From Bryobacterales bacterium (lineage in GTDB: Bacteria > Acidobacteriota > Terriglobia > Bryobacterales > Bryobacteraceae), in the NCBI GenBank assembly GCA_963820405.1, contig CAWFZZ010000013.1, forward strand, positions 10,510-74,509: a stretch of DNA of 64,000 nt, written 5' to 3'. The position numbers and the translations under genes are program-made. The notes under the pieces are model-generated. The model was not told the origin of the DNA, did no database searches, and was given only the letters and a program-made list of their open reading frames with translations. Position 1 is the stretch's first letter, and every line of letters starts with the position of its first letter. Below are positions 28,005-36,653 of this stretch, in pieces.

Positions 28005-29060
28005 TCACCGGAAATCTTCCTGCAGACTATCGAGCGCCGCGGCGCCTGGGCAGAGTTTTTGATAGGGAACTTTGGTTAAAGCGATGTCGGGGGTCTTATT
28101 CATTTCGTGCATGTCCGGCACGTTTTCGTCCAGGTACAGCAAGCCTGTTACAACTTCGCCCTTGCCGTGATGCTCTTCCAGATAGTCCATCACCTTGCCG
28201 CGATCAGTGGGATCGTAATTGGGGGGAACGCCTTTGAATCGAACCATACTGCCATCGTGCATGGTAACGTTGACGGCGCCGTTCTGGCCAATCTGCGCGA
28301 GAATCTCACTGGCCGGAGGAACAAAATCGGTCTCGGTTGCTTTAAGCTCGTGCTGGCGCGTGTAGAGATAACTCTTGGTGGAACCCTCGTGATCGTTGAA
28401 GGTGACGCAAGGCGAGATGACGTCGATCAGGGCGAAGCCACGATGCGAGACGGCGGCCTTCAGAATGGGCACCAGCTGGTCCTTATCGCCGGAGAAACTG
28501 CGGGCGATGAAGGTGGCGCCGATGCTCAAGCCGAGCATCACCGAGTCGATGGGCGCCATGCGGTTGGGATCGCCGCGTTTGCTCTTGGTGCCAACGTCGG
28601 CTGAAGCGGAAAACTGGCCCTTGGTGAGGCCGTACACGCCATTATTCTCGATGACGTAGATTAACCGCACGTTGCGGCGGATGGCGTGGCACATGTGGCC
28701 GAGGCCGATGGACAGCGAATCGCCGTCGCCCGAAATTCCGATGTAGATGAGCTCGCGATTTGCGGCGTTGGCGCCGGTGGCGATGGGCGGCATGCGGCCA
28801 TGCGCGGAGTTGAGCCCGTGCGCGCCGTTGACGAAATAGGCGGGCGTCTTCGAAGAGCAGCCAATACCGCTGAGCTTGGCAATCATGTGCGGCTGGGCGC
28901 TCACTTCCCAAAGCGCGCGAGTGAGAGCGGCAGTGATGGAATCATGCCCGCATCCGGCGCAGAGCGTGGACATGGTTCCTTCGTAGTCGCGAATGGTAAG
29001 GCCGAGATCGTTGCGCAGCAGGCTGGGATGGGTGGCGACGGGCTTGACGATGGATGGCAT
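28005..29060 (-). CDS. korB: 2-oxoacid:ferredoxin oxidoreductase beta subunit (TPP-binding)
   Basis: CAGCGHDSI and GDGDSLSIG motifs; 351 aa. Confidence 0.85.
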   Translation of the reverse strand: MPSIVKPVATHPSLLRNDLGLTIRDYEGTMSTLCAGCGHDSITAALTRALWEVSAQPHMIAKLSGIGCSSKTPAYFVNGAHGLNSAHGRMPPIATGANAANRELIYIGISGDGDSLSIGLGHMCHAIRRNVRLIYVIENNGVYGLTKGQFSASADVGTKSKRGDPNRMAPIDSVMLGLSIGATFIARSFSGDKDQLVPILKAAVSHRGFALIDVISPCVTFNDHEGSTKSYLYTRQHELKATETDFVPPASEILAQIGQNGAVNVTMHDGSMVRFKGVPPNYDPTDRGKVMDYLEEHHGKGEVVTGLLYLDENVPDMHEMNKTPDIALTKVPYQKLCPGAAALDSLQEDFR

Positions 29061-29061
29061 G

Positions 29062-30318
29062 TTATTCCTCTACGAGCATTTCACTGGCAGGCCGACCCGC
29101 GGCCACAAATTCGGGCTTATGTTGTAAACCCAGACCTTCTAAAACTCCGTCGATTACGTGGCGCGCGCTCAGCGGAAATCCTCCGTAAACCAGGACCGAA
29201 CGCAGTTTTTCCTTGGGGACATTGGTTTCGAGCGTCAGCAGAGAACGGAGCTGGGCGTCACGGTTCTGTTCGATGACGAAGCAGATTTCGTGATCGGCCA
29301 GGAACGATTCCACGGTGTCGTCGAAGGGGAAGCCGCGCAGGCGCATGAAGTCGCCAACCACGCCACGTTCGGCAAGCAGATCGAGCGCTTCGCGAACCGC
29401 CGGATCACAACCGCCCAGCGTCACAATGCCAAAGCTGGAGCCGGGGCGGCGTTGGATGATGGGGGCGGGAACAAACTTCGCGGCGGCTTTGTGCTTCCGC
29501 AGCAGGCGATCCATGACTTCCTGATATTCGTCGGGGATTTCGGTGTAGCCGCCGAATTTGTTGTGGCCGGATCCGCGAGTGAAGAAAGACCCTTTGGGAT
29601 GCACGCCTGGCAAGGTGCGCGGCGCGATCTGGCTCTCGGTGTCGGCCATGTAGCGCTGGAACTTGTTTAGCTTTTCGATTTCCTCCAGACTCAGGACGGA
29701 GCCCCGATCGGGCTGGTATGCGTCGTCCCATTTCAGGCGCGGGACCACCCAATCGTTCATGCCGATGTCGAGATCGGACATCAGGAAGACCGGCGTCTGA
29801 AAGCGCTCGGCCAAGTCGAAAGCGATGGGCGCCAGTTCGAAACACTCGGCCGGATTGGACGGAAACAGCAAAATATGTTTGGTGTCGCCGTGCGATGCGT
29901 AGGCGCATTCGAGAAGGTCGCCCTGCTGGGTGCGGGTGGGCATGCCGGTGGAGGGGCCCACTCGTTCGACATCGATGATCACGGCGGGGATCTCGGCATA
30001 ATAGGCGAGCCCCAGCAACTCATTCATGAGAGAAATACCGGGGCCGGCGGTGGAGGTGAAGGCGCGCGCGCCATTCCAAGCCGCTCCGATGACCATGCCG
30101 ATGGCGGCCAGTTCGTCCTCGGCCTGAATAATGATGTAGTTATTTTGGCCGGTTTCGGGGTCTTTGCGGTATTTTTCGCAAAAAACCTTGAACGCGTCCA
30201 TAGCGGACGTAGAGGGCGTGATGGGATACCAGGCCGCCACCGTGGCGCCGGCGTAAACGCAGCCCAGCGCGATCGCGGTGTTTCCATCGATCAGGATCTT
30301 GTCGCCGTTGGCGTCCAT
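29062..30318 (-). CDS. korA: 2-oxoacid:ferredoxin oxidoreductase alpha subunit, C-terminal (alpha-domain) piece
   Basis: ILIDGNTAIALGCVYAGATVAAWYPITPST. The same frame, read upstream of the ATG, encodes a further conserved segment (see finding). Confidence 0.8.
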   Translation of the reverse strand: MDANGDKILIDGNTAIALGCVYAGATVAAWYPITPSTSAMDAFKVFCEKYRKDPETGQNNYIIIQAEDELAAIGMVIGAAWNGARAFTSTAGPGISLMNELLGLAYYAEIPAVIIDVERVGPSTGMPTRTQQGDLLECAYASHGDTKHILLFPSNPAECFELAPIAFDLAERFQTPVFLMSDLDIGMNDWVVPRLKWDDAYQPDRGSVLSLEEIEKLNKFQRYMADTESQIAPRTLPGVHPKGSFFTRGSGHNKFGGYTEIPDEYQEVMDRLLRKHKAAAKFVPAPIIQRRPGSSFGIVTLGGCDPAVREALDLLAERGVVGDFMRLRGFPFDDTVESFLADHEICFVIEQNRDAQLRSLLTLETNVPKEKLRSVLVYGGFPLSARHVIDGVLEGLGLQHKPEFVAAGRPASEMLVEE

Positions 30319-30367
30319 TTTTTCGAGATGAAACGGCAGCGGACAATCGAAATGATCGCGGGCATAA

Positions 30368-30916
30368 TCATAGCCCAGGCGCAGGGCCCGGGTATTGGAT
30401 TCGCTCAGCTTCTTCTTGCCTGCGTATTTCTCCTCCAGCAGCGTGAGCCACGATATCCATATCCACTTCGAGCGCGGCCACCAGGGTTCCGGCGTACGCG
30501 ATGTTCTTCATCAGGATGCGTTCCCTGGGATCGCGGAAATTGTCGTTGCACAATTGCGCGAAGGGAACGCCCAAAAACTGCACGTCAGGGCGCAGAAGCT
30601 CCGGATCGAGCGGCCAGCTGGAATCGTACAGCAAATAGCCGCCCTGGCGGACCTCTTGAATGTCGCGCGCGTAGCTCTGCGAGTTCATCGCCACCATCAG
30701 ATCGTAATCCAAGGATCGCGCGGTGTAGCCGTTTTTGTTGACGCGAATCTCGTACCAGGTGGGCAGGCCCTGGATGTTGGAAGGGAACAGATTCTTGCCG
30801 GATACAGGAATGCCCATCCTAAAAATGGCCTGCATGAGCAGACCGTTGGCGCTGGCCGATCCGGTTCCATTTACATTTGCCAGCTTCAGAGCAAAATCGT
30901 TTACGCGGTTACGCAT
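30368..30916 (-). CDS. korA: 2-oxoacid:ferredoxin oxidoreductase alpha subunit, N-terminal (gamma-like domain) piece
   Basis: ALKLANVNGTGSASANGLLMQAIFRMGIPVSGKNLFPSNIQGLPTWYEIRV is typical of the POR gamma domain that is normally fused to KorA. The ORF ends in a non-conserved tail after a frame change. Confidence 0.75.
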   Translation of the reverse strand: MRNRVNDFALKLANVNGTGSASANGLLMQAIFRMGIPVSGKNLFPSNIQGLPTWYEIRVNKNGYTARSLDYDLMVAMNSQSYARDIQEVRQGGYLLYDSSWPLDPELLRPDVQFLGVPFAQLCNDNFRDPRERILMKNIAYAGTLVAALEVDMDIVAHAAGGEIRRQEEAERIQYPGPAPGL

Positions 30917-32688
30917 GACTCGGTGTTGACCGGCCTCCCGGCATAAGAAATGAGCAGCTCAAACTTCTGCATGTCCCAGGCTGCCGTGGGACAGCGCTCG
31001 GCGCAGAGCCCGCAATGCACGCACAGGTCTTCGTCCTTGGCCATGATGCGCGCGGTTTGCGGCAACGGGGCGGAGACGTAGAGATCCTGCGTGAGATTGA
31101 TGGCGGGAGCTGAAAGGCGCTGGCGCAGATCGTCTTCTTCGCCGTTGCGCGTGATGGTGAGGCACTGCACCGGACAGATGTCGATGCAGGCGTCGCACTC
31201 GATACAGCGCGGCGCGACAAAGGCCGTCTCGACATCGCAGTTCATACAGCGCAGCACTTCGCGCGCGGTCTGCTCGGCGGAAAAGCCAAGCTCCACCTCA
31301 ATGTTCATCTGCTGGAAGCGGCGCGTCAGATCGACGTGCTGCATCTTCTGGCGCTTCGACGGATTGTAGTCGTTGTGATAGCTCCACTCGCTGATCCCCA
31401 TCTTCTGGCTGATGAGGTTCATGCCCTGGGGCAGGCGCTCGGTAACGGGAATGCCGTGGCAGTAATTATGGATCGAGATGGCGGCCTGATGGCCATGCTC
31501 GGCGGCCCATATGATGTTCTTCGGTCCCCAAGCCGAGTCGCCTCCAAAGAAGATGCCATCGCGGGTACACTGCATGGTTTTCTCATCCACGACGGGCATG
31601 TCCCATTTGTCGAATTCGATTCCGATGTCGCGCTCGATCCAGGGAAACGCGTTTTCCTGTCCAATGGCGAGGATCACGTCGTCCGCCGGGAGAAAAACAT
31701 TGTCGAGAGTTTTTGATTTCTTGGCTTGCGCGTCCCATTCCAGGCGCTCAAAGTCCATGCCGATCAGCTTGCCGTTTTCGATGACGAAACGCACGGGCGC
31801 GTGATTGATCAGGATCTCGACGCCCTCTTCTTCGGCGTCCTCGAGCTCCCAGGGCGAAGCCTTGAAGAATCCGCGCGGGCGCCGCGCCATCACCTTGATA
31901 TCTTTCCCACCCAGGCGGCAACTGGAGCGGCAACAGTCCATGGCCGTGTTGCCGACTCCGATGATCAGCACCTTTTCGCCGACCGTGGAGGTGTGTCCGA
32001 AAGCGATGGACTCCAGCCAATCGATGCCGATGTGGATGCGATCGGTGTCGTGACGGCCGGGGATGTCGAGCTCTTTGCCGCGCGGAGCGCCGGTGCCGAC
32101 GAAAACGGCGTCGAAGCCTTGGGGCAGCAGCGCCTGCATGCTGGTGATTTCCGAGTTGTAGCGGATCTCGACACCCATGTCGAGAATCTGGTTGATCTCG
32201 TCCATCAGGACGCTTTCGGGCAGGCGAAACGCCGGGATATTGGTGCGCATCAAGCCGCCCGGCCGGTCGTACTTTTCAAAGATGACGACTTGGTAGCCCA
32301 GAGGCATCAGGTCGTTCGCCACGGTGAGGGAGGCTGGCCCGGCGCCGATGCAAGCGATGCGCTTTCCGTTTTTTTGACTGGGGATTTTCGGAAGGCGGTC
32401 CGTGATGTCGTCGCGCAGATCGGCCGCCACGCGCTTGAGCCGGCAGATGGCGACGGGCTTGCCATCCACGCGGCCACGGCGGCAGGCCGGCTCGCACGGA
32501 CGATCGCAAGTACGGCCGAGAATCGCGGGAAAAACATTCGACTCGCGGTTGAGCATGTAGGCGTCGGTATAACGGCCTTGCGCGATCATCCGGATGTATT
32601 CAGGAACGTTGGTGTGGGCCGGACAGGCCCATTGGCAGTCCACCACTTTGTGGAAGTAGTTCGGATTGTTGACGTCGGTGGCCTTCAA
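30901..32688 (-). CDS. GltD-like NAD(P)H-dependent FAD oxidoreductase fused to a 2x[4Fe-4S] ferredoxin domain
   Basis: N-terminal Cys cluster (CQWACPAHTNVPEYI, CDRPCEPAC), IACIGAGPASL dinucleotide site, C-terminal CIECDACIDICP and CVHCGLCAERCP. Confidence 0.75.
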   Translation of the reverse strand: MKATDVNNPNYFHKVVDCQWACPAHTNVPEYIRMIAQGRYTDAYMLNRESNVFPAILGRTCDRPCEPACRRGRVDGKPVAICRLKRVAADLRDDITDRLPKIPSQKNGKRIACIGAGPASLTVANDLMPLGYQVVIFEKYDRPGGLMRTNIPAFRLPESVLMDEINQILDMGVEIRYNSEITSMQALLPQGFDAVFVGTGAPRGKELDIPGRHDTDRIHIGIDWLESIAFGHTSTVGEKVLIIGVGNTAMDCCRSSCRLGGKDIKVMARRPRGFFKASPWELEDAEEEGVEILINHAPVRFVIENGKLIGMDFERLEWDAQAKKSKTLDNVFLPADDVILAIGQENAFPWIERDIGIEFDKWDMPVVDEKTMQCTRDGIFFGGDSAWGPKNIIWAAEHGHQAAISIHNYCHGIPVTERLPQGMNLISQKMGISEWSYHNDYNPSKRQKMQHVDLTRRFQQMNIEVELGFSAEQTAREVLRCMNCDVETAFVAPRCIECDACIDICPVQCLTITRNGEEDDLRQRLSAPAINLTQDLYVSAPLPQTARIMAKDEDLCVHCGLCAERCPTAAWDMQKFELLISYAGRPVNTESCVTA

Positions 32689-32744
32689 ACGGGGATCCTT
32701 TCGATCTCAACCACGGTCAGGGCATCACTTCGGAGATAAGCGAA

Positions 32745-33154
32745 TTAGTATGGTTTTATTCTACATCCGGACTGGCGGGAAGGGCGCGCGGCCCATTGGG
32801 CTACCAAAGCGAGGATGCGAAGACCCTGGATGGCGCGGAAGTGCCCGTCCCGCGTGACGAGTGGCATGCGATGATGCCGGGCCAGGGCGGCAATCCAGAG
32901 GTCATTGGTCGGAATGGGGGTGCCGGCGGCCCTCAGCTCCCGGCGGATCTCGGAATAGCGCTCGGCGGTTTCGCGAACGATCGGAAGAAGATCGAAGAAG
33001 GGAAGATTCGCTTGCAGCCAGGACTGGTAGGAGGCTTTGAGCCGCGATTGCTGAATTCCGAAGAGGTATTCGCCGAGTACAATCGCCGGAAGCCCAGTTT
33101 TTCGTCTCACCCGGCGAAGGCCGATAAAGCGTTCGTGTCGAAGATTACTGCCAC
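32745..33154 (-). pseudogene. vapC: vapC (PIN) toxin, apparently frame-disrupted at the 5' end
   Basis: The canonical N-terminus VAVIFDTNALSAFAG is encoded from GTG 33152-33154 (overlapping the antitoxin stop) and hits TGA after 15 codons. The rest of the PIN domain (LPAIVLGEYLFGIQQSR, TNDLWIAALA, LVTRDGHF) is in another frame (ORF 32745..33167). Confidence 0.55.
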
Positions 33155-33420
33155 TCGTCCCGCTCAATCTGTTCGAACTCGCGATCTAAAGTCCGATTGA
33201 TCTTCTTGGTCTCTTTACGCAGATGGCGAAGTCCTCCGAAGGCAACCATCCATGCTGGTGACGGTGGGGCCGACTTGTTCTTCTCAGCATCGCCAGCGCC
33301 CCGCTCGATATGTTCCCTCAACGCGTCGGTCAGAAGGACCTTGAGGGACACCCCCTGCTCGGCTGCGGCGGACTTGGCCTTGCGAAAGAGCGCGTCGGGT
33401 ATCTCGATCGTGGTTTTCAT
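33145..33420 (-). CDS. vapB: VapB-type antitoxin
   Basis: MKTTIEIPDALFRKAKSAAAEQGVSLKVLLTDALREHI; 91 aa, directly upstream of the PIN gene. Confidence 0.6.
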   Translation of the reverse strand: MKTTIEIPDALFRKAKSAAAEQGVSLKVLLTDALREHIERGAGDAEKNKSAPPSPAWMVAFGGLRHLRKETKKINRTLDREFEQIERDEWQ

Positions 33421-33435
33421 CTGATCCTATTTTGC

Positions 33436-34371
33436 CTAATCCGAATACAAGAATCGCGGGTAGCGCGTCACGGGTAGGGCCGAGCGTTTCACAGCCACGC
33501 AATAGGTCTGTTCGCCACGCAGCGAAGTGTTGTAGCCATGCTCCTCCAGAAAATTCCACATGGGTCGATTCATCTCGAATTCGGCGATCGGTTCGGTGAA
33601 AAAAGCTTCTATCTGGAAACCGCTCGCTTCTATGGCGGTGCGAAGCTCAAAGGCCGTATATTCACGCACGTGCGGAGCCTCGCCGGGCGAATCGGGGTTC
33701 GGCCGGGGGTAGTCCGAACTGATCTGCGGATTGTTGTAACCGTGCAGGACGCGCGCCACGCTGGTGAGGCTCGCGATGTTCGGAGTTGTAACGATGAGCC
33801 GTCCTCCTTCTTCGAGAATGCGGCGGCATTCCAGAAGAAGGTGCATCGGATCCCGGAGTAGATGCTCGATCAGCTCGCACGCCAGCACGGTTTCAACGCT
33901 GCCGTCGGGGTAGGGAAAGCGATCGCGCTCGGCGTCGAACAAATCGACCGGAACTTCAAACTGCTGGCCGCGCACGCTCGCAGTCCGTCGATCGGTGCGG
34001 CCCAGCGGCCCGTAATAGGCGCCTCGGACTTCTCGATATCCGCACCAGTGTTGGAGAAATGGCGTGATGTGCATATAGCAGCCGAGTTCCAGGATGCGTC
34101 CACTGCCGCGTGGTTTCGGCACCAGCGTGAGGGTGCGCGCCAGCCGAGGCAAATGCTTGTGGAAGTACTCCCGGATTTGGACTTCAGGCAGATCGAGCCC
34201 GCGGAGCTGCTCGGTGGCTTCATCCAATTCATCGGAACGCTCCGCGACCGGCATGGGATTTCCGCGCGCCACCGAAGATTCATAACGCCGGCTCAAGTAA
34301 GTGTTCATCCGCCGCAGCACCGCACGGACGGCCCGCAGGTGCAAGGGCAGCGGTTTGGCGCGTTTAGTCAA
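33436..34371 (-). CDS. class I SAM-dependent methyltransferase
   Basis: RILELGCYMHITP (motif I) and GGRLIVTTPN. Confidence 0.7.
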   Translation of the reverse strand: MTKRAKPLPLHLRAVRAVLRRMNTYLSRRYESSVARGNPMPVAERSDELDEATEQLRGLDLPEVQIREYFHKHLPRLARTLTLVPKPRGSGRILELGCYMHITPFLQHWCGYREVRGAYYGPLGRTDRRTASVRGQQFEVPVDLFDAERDRFPYPDGSVETVLACELIEHLLRDPMHLLLECRRILEEGGRLIVTTPNIASLTSVARVLHGYNNPQISSDYPRPNPDSPGEAPHVREYTAFELRTAIEASGFQIEAFFTEPIAEFEMNRPMWNFLEEHGYNTSLRGEQTYCVAVKRSALPVTRYPRFLYSD

Positions 34372-36577
34372 GGCCCGATATTACCAACTGCGCGGTATTG
34401 CTCGTGTTCCCTCCGATGGTGACCATCAGCGGATAAACTCCGCTCCCGAGCGCGGGTACTTTTAGATTCATCTGCGCGACGCCGGGGTAGAGCGGAGCCA
34501 GTCCGGTAAATTGGATCTGAGCCGGAAGGCCGCCGATGGTTGCCGATGGGGTCGATGTAGCGGACACTATGATCCCGGAGGGTGGGGACGCGCCGTCATC
34601 CACAGCGGTTGTCAGTGGGCCTTGTCCAGTAAAGAAGACCGAAATGACGCTGCCGGACGGGGCGGGATTTTGCTGGGAATTTACGGAGCCATCGGCATTG
34701 AGCGCCGCAGCGCCGCCGTTCTGACCGGTGAAAAGTCCGGGCGCAGCGGGCTGAATGGTGACGTTCACCGGGGCAGACCAAGCTCCACGAGTTCGCACCG
34801 CAATGGTGGCCGGACCCGCGGGAACCTCCCAAGGTACCTGCGCGTTGATCTGCTCCGGCGACTCGTACAAAAGAGGCGCCGGCACGCCGTTTACGGTGAC
34901 GGACGTATCGGCGATGGACATGGGCAGAGGAACGGAAGGCGCGCCGGCGGTGATGGCAGCCAGGTTCGAACCGAAAAGGGATATCAGCGATCCCGGCGAA
35001 ATCGCAGCAGTGGAGTAGCTGGCCGCGTTCGCAACCGCGGAGATGGCGGGAGCAAGGGGCGTCGAGTCTCCGTAAATTGCAACGCCGCCTTCGGCCGCGG
35101 CAAACACCTTGCCATCCGCGATGGTGGGCACGGAAAACTCCACATAGCCAGGCAGCTGATCGGACGCCAGTGCGTGGCTGTCATACAGCGTGGTCAAATC
35201 ACTGGCCTGGTACGCCAGCAGCCGGCCGCCGTCATCCGCCGTGATCGCCCATACGATTCCAGCGCTCGTGCCGTTGGAGGAAATACTCGGTGTCGCGCCG
35301 GGATAGCCGTTTGGATTCGAAGCGGAAGCCGAAGGCGCCGGCCCGAGTGATGCGCCGGCCACGGGGATAGCCAACAGCGGAGAATTCACCGGCCCAAGAT
35401 AGATGGCGCCGTTGAAATATCCAGCGGCGCCAAAGGTGGCATGCGACCCCGAGACCGTAAGCGATGCCAGCGCGCCCGAGTCCGAACCCGTTTGGACACC
35501 TCCCAGGGTTTGACGATCCAACAGGTACATCCGGCCCTCCTTACCGGAAGTGAACAGCAGATGAGGATGAGTCGAGCTGCCGGCTTCGTCCGGCAATAGC
35601 AGCGCGCCAGAGGAGCCAAGATCCAGATCTTGCTCGTCCAGGATCAGCTTGTTGAACGGCGTGAATTGATCAGATACCAGCAAACCCGGGAACGTGAGCC
35701 TTAGCACGGATTCATCGTATCCAGCCAGCGCCTGATCGCCGTCGAAATCACCGTTGGCCGACACCACGTAGATGTCGCCCTGTGCATCCGATGCAGGGCC
35801 CGCGCCGCCGTTCCAGAAGGAGGCTCCGTGGTCGTCGGGTGAATCGTTGAAGAAGCCCACCAGCTTTAAAGTGGAGGCGTCGTGCGCCATCACCCAGCCA
35901 TGGTAGGTTCCCAGATCGCAGTTGCCGGACCACGCCGAGTAAACAACCCCGTTCGATAGCAGCAGCGCCGACCGCTGCTTGTGAGCCAGGGGTACAAAAC
36001 CCGACGGCTGAATTTCGACTGGACTGCCCGGGCGCTCGGCTCCGCTGGTCACGTCGATGGCATGGAGATGGTAGACGTATTGGTCTTTGGCTTCCTTCGT
36101 AAAAGCGATCAGGTAGATAGTTCCGGAATCCGGATCGATTACGGGGGTTCCGGTAATGCCGAGCTCTGGAATCACACTGCATCCGACATCGGTTTCAGAA
36201 ACGGTGGACACACCCTTAGCTGCATCGAGAAAACTGACTTTCCAGAGCGGCGGGGAAGCGGGATCGTCGGCGTCAAACGCGTAGAGACTGTCGTGCGACG
36301 TAGCCACGAACACAACGTTGTGAAATCCATCAGCGGCGATCTTCACTCGGGATAAATACAGAGGCTGTGCGTATACGTCGCCATCCACCGCAAGGAAGTT
36401 GCGCTTAGCGAACCGGCCGGTTTCGAGACTCGCCGGCGTTAACAGAGTCTCATCGAGATACTGCCCCGTGCGCGCATTGTCGTTATGGTACGTGGTGACA
36501 CTGGTCTGTGCGGCGAGGGTGAGCGCGCCGGGAAGCAGCGCGGCAATTAAGCTAGCGGTTCTTCCGTACACGGACAA
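34364..36577 (-). CDS. secreted beta-propeller protein with C-terminal TIGR03437-like (Solibacter C-terminal) domains
   Basis: Signal peptide. N-terminal TTYHNDNARTGQ...DGDVYAQPLY..VFVATSHDSLYAFDA. C-terminal AVANAASYSTAAISPGSLISLFGSNL...PLLYESPEQINAQVPWE...PVNVTIQPAAPGLF. Confidence 0.65.
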   Translation of the reverse strand: MSVYGRTASLIAALLPGALTLAAQTSVTTYHNDNARTGQYLDETLLTPASLETGRFAKRNFLAVDGDVYAQPLYLSRVKIAADGFHNVVFVATSHDSLYAFDADDPASPPLWKVSFLDAAKGVSTVSETDVGCSVIPELGITGTPVIDPDSGTIYLIAFTKEAKDQYVYHLHAIDVTSGAERPGSPVEIQPSGFVPLAHKQRSALLLSNGVVYSAWSGNCDLGTYHGWVMAHDASTLKLVGFFNDSPDDHGASFWNGGAGPASDAQGDIYVVSANGDFDGDQALAGYDESVLRLTFPGLLVSDQFTPFNKLILDEQDLDLGSSGALLLPDEAGSSTHPHLLFTSGKEGRMYLLDRQTLGGVQTGSDSGALASLTVSGSHATFGAAGYFNGAIYLGPVNSPLLAIPVAGASLGPAPSASASNPNGYPGATPSISSNGTSAGIVWAITADDGGRLLAYQASDLTTLYDSHALASDQLPGYVEFSVPTIADGKVFAAAEGGVAIYGDSTPLAPAISAVANAASYSTAAISPGSLISLFGSNLAAITAGAPSVPLPMSIADTSVTVNGVPAPLLYESPEQINAQVPWEVPAGPATIAVRTRGAWSAPVNVTIQPAAPGLFTGQNGGAAALNADGSVNSQQNPAPSGSVISVFFTGQGPLTTAVDDGASPPSGIIVSATSTPSATIGGLPAQIQFTGLAPLYPGVAQMNLKVPALGSGVYPLMVTIGGNTSNTAQLVISGLD

Positions 36578-36653
36578 AGCACTGGGACGGCAGGCCGCAT
36601 CGCTTTGGTTACTTTGCGCGGCGGGCTTTTACCAAGCTTTACGCGTGCCGCGG

